Of a stretch of DNA of 39,867 nt, positions 39,505 to 39,867 are shown one piece after another. The stretch is from a virus (Duplodnaviria > Heunggongvirae > Uroviricota > Caudoviricetes): the IMG/VR virus record IMGVR_UViG_2579778622_000004. One strand, 5' to 3'. Each line of letters begins with the position of its first letter. Within the stretch, counting starts at the first letter, position 1. The translations under genes were made by a program, and so were the position numbers. The notes under the pieces are model-generated. The model saw only the letters and a program-made list of their open reading frames with translations. It did not search any database and was not told where the DNA came from.

Positions 39505-39722
39505 AAACCCCCCTGAACGTCGGCAGAGAAGGGGAGGCTCCAGTAACTAAGTGAATTGCGCGAGTTAGTTGAAAAACGGGCAGTAAAAATGCAGGGGCCA
39601 TCAGGCAATTGAGAGCGTGCTTCGTCTTCAGTTGCTGCGATAACGAAGTGATAGTGGTGTTTTTTACAGGAATAGAAACGCCAGATGAATTCTGGGCGTG
39701 CGCAAGGATTGGCATTAACCAT
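39501..39722 (-). CDS. icd: Icd-like small protein overlapping the ant start
   Basis: 73 aa; stop TGA overlaps ant ATG (ATGA). Confidence 0.45.
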   Translation of the reverse strand: MVNANPCARPEFIWRFYSCKKHHYHFVIAATEDEARSQLPDGPCIFTARFSTNSRNSLSYWSLPFSADVQGGL

Positions 39723-39867
39723 AGTTACGGCCTCACAATCAGGTTTAACAACCTGCTACCCGCTGCTAAACAGGTGGCAGGACGTGACGGGGTTAGCAGA
39801 CTGGCGATTGTGAAACCAGCAGGCCGAAGCCTCCCCATCACGCCCCACCATAATTTGGGCGTAACGC

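Noticed and set aside
39479-39715. Alternative 78-aa ORF 39479..39715 as icd
   Set aside because: The overlapping 39501..39722 frame ends exactly in an ATGA overlap with the ant start and has an upstream GAGG; chosen instead, though both remain unverified

Overview
This 39.9-kb window reads as a segment of a P1-family temperate phage-plasmid: plasmid replication and partition genes sit among phage genes and no integrase is visible. Anchors seen directly in the sequence: (i) an iteron-flanked repA with a DnaA box and GATC cluster, then a type-Ia parA/parB pair (398/333 aa) and a parS-like site with ATTTCAC/TCGCCA boxes; (ii) a minus-strand block of DnaB-like helicase (ban), tRNA(CAT), TerB-like tciA, tRNA-Thr, tRNA-Asn, a fused C5-cytosine/N6-adenine DNA methyltransferase and an RdgC homologue; (iii) an immunity/early-replication block at the right edge (icd overlapping ant, a KilA-N/KilAC paralogue, a repL-sized ORF); (iv) virion modules (baseplate hub and spike at 9.7-14.4 kb; capsid, sheath and tube candidates at 30-35.4 kb); (v) several copies of the 17-bp asymmetric C1-repressor operator consensus ATTGCTCTAATAAATTT in front of minus-strand operons. 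The left 9.6 kb is three consecutive operator-headed minus-strand operons of accessory genes. The best candidates for something undescribed are a GIY-YIG/T5orf172-like gene wedged between the incA-like iterons and the par operon, a cluster of tRNA-like long inverted repeats between tRNA-Thr and tciA, and the operator-controlled accessory operons (glycosyltransferase/phosphatase set; coiled-coil protein set). All functional calls come from motif recognition by eye and recalled family knowledge; no database search or folding was run, and start codons are often GTG/TTG chosen by ribosome-binding-site (RBS) context.
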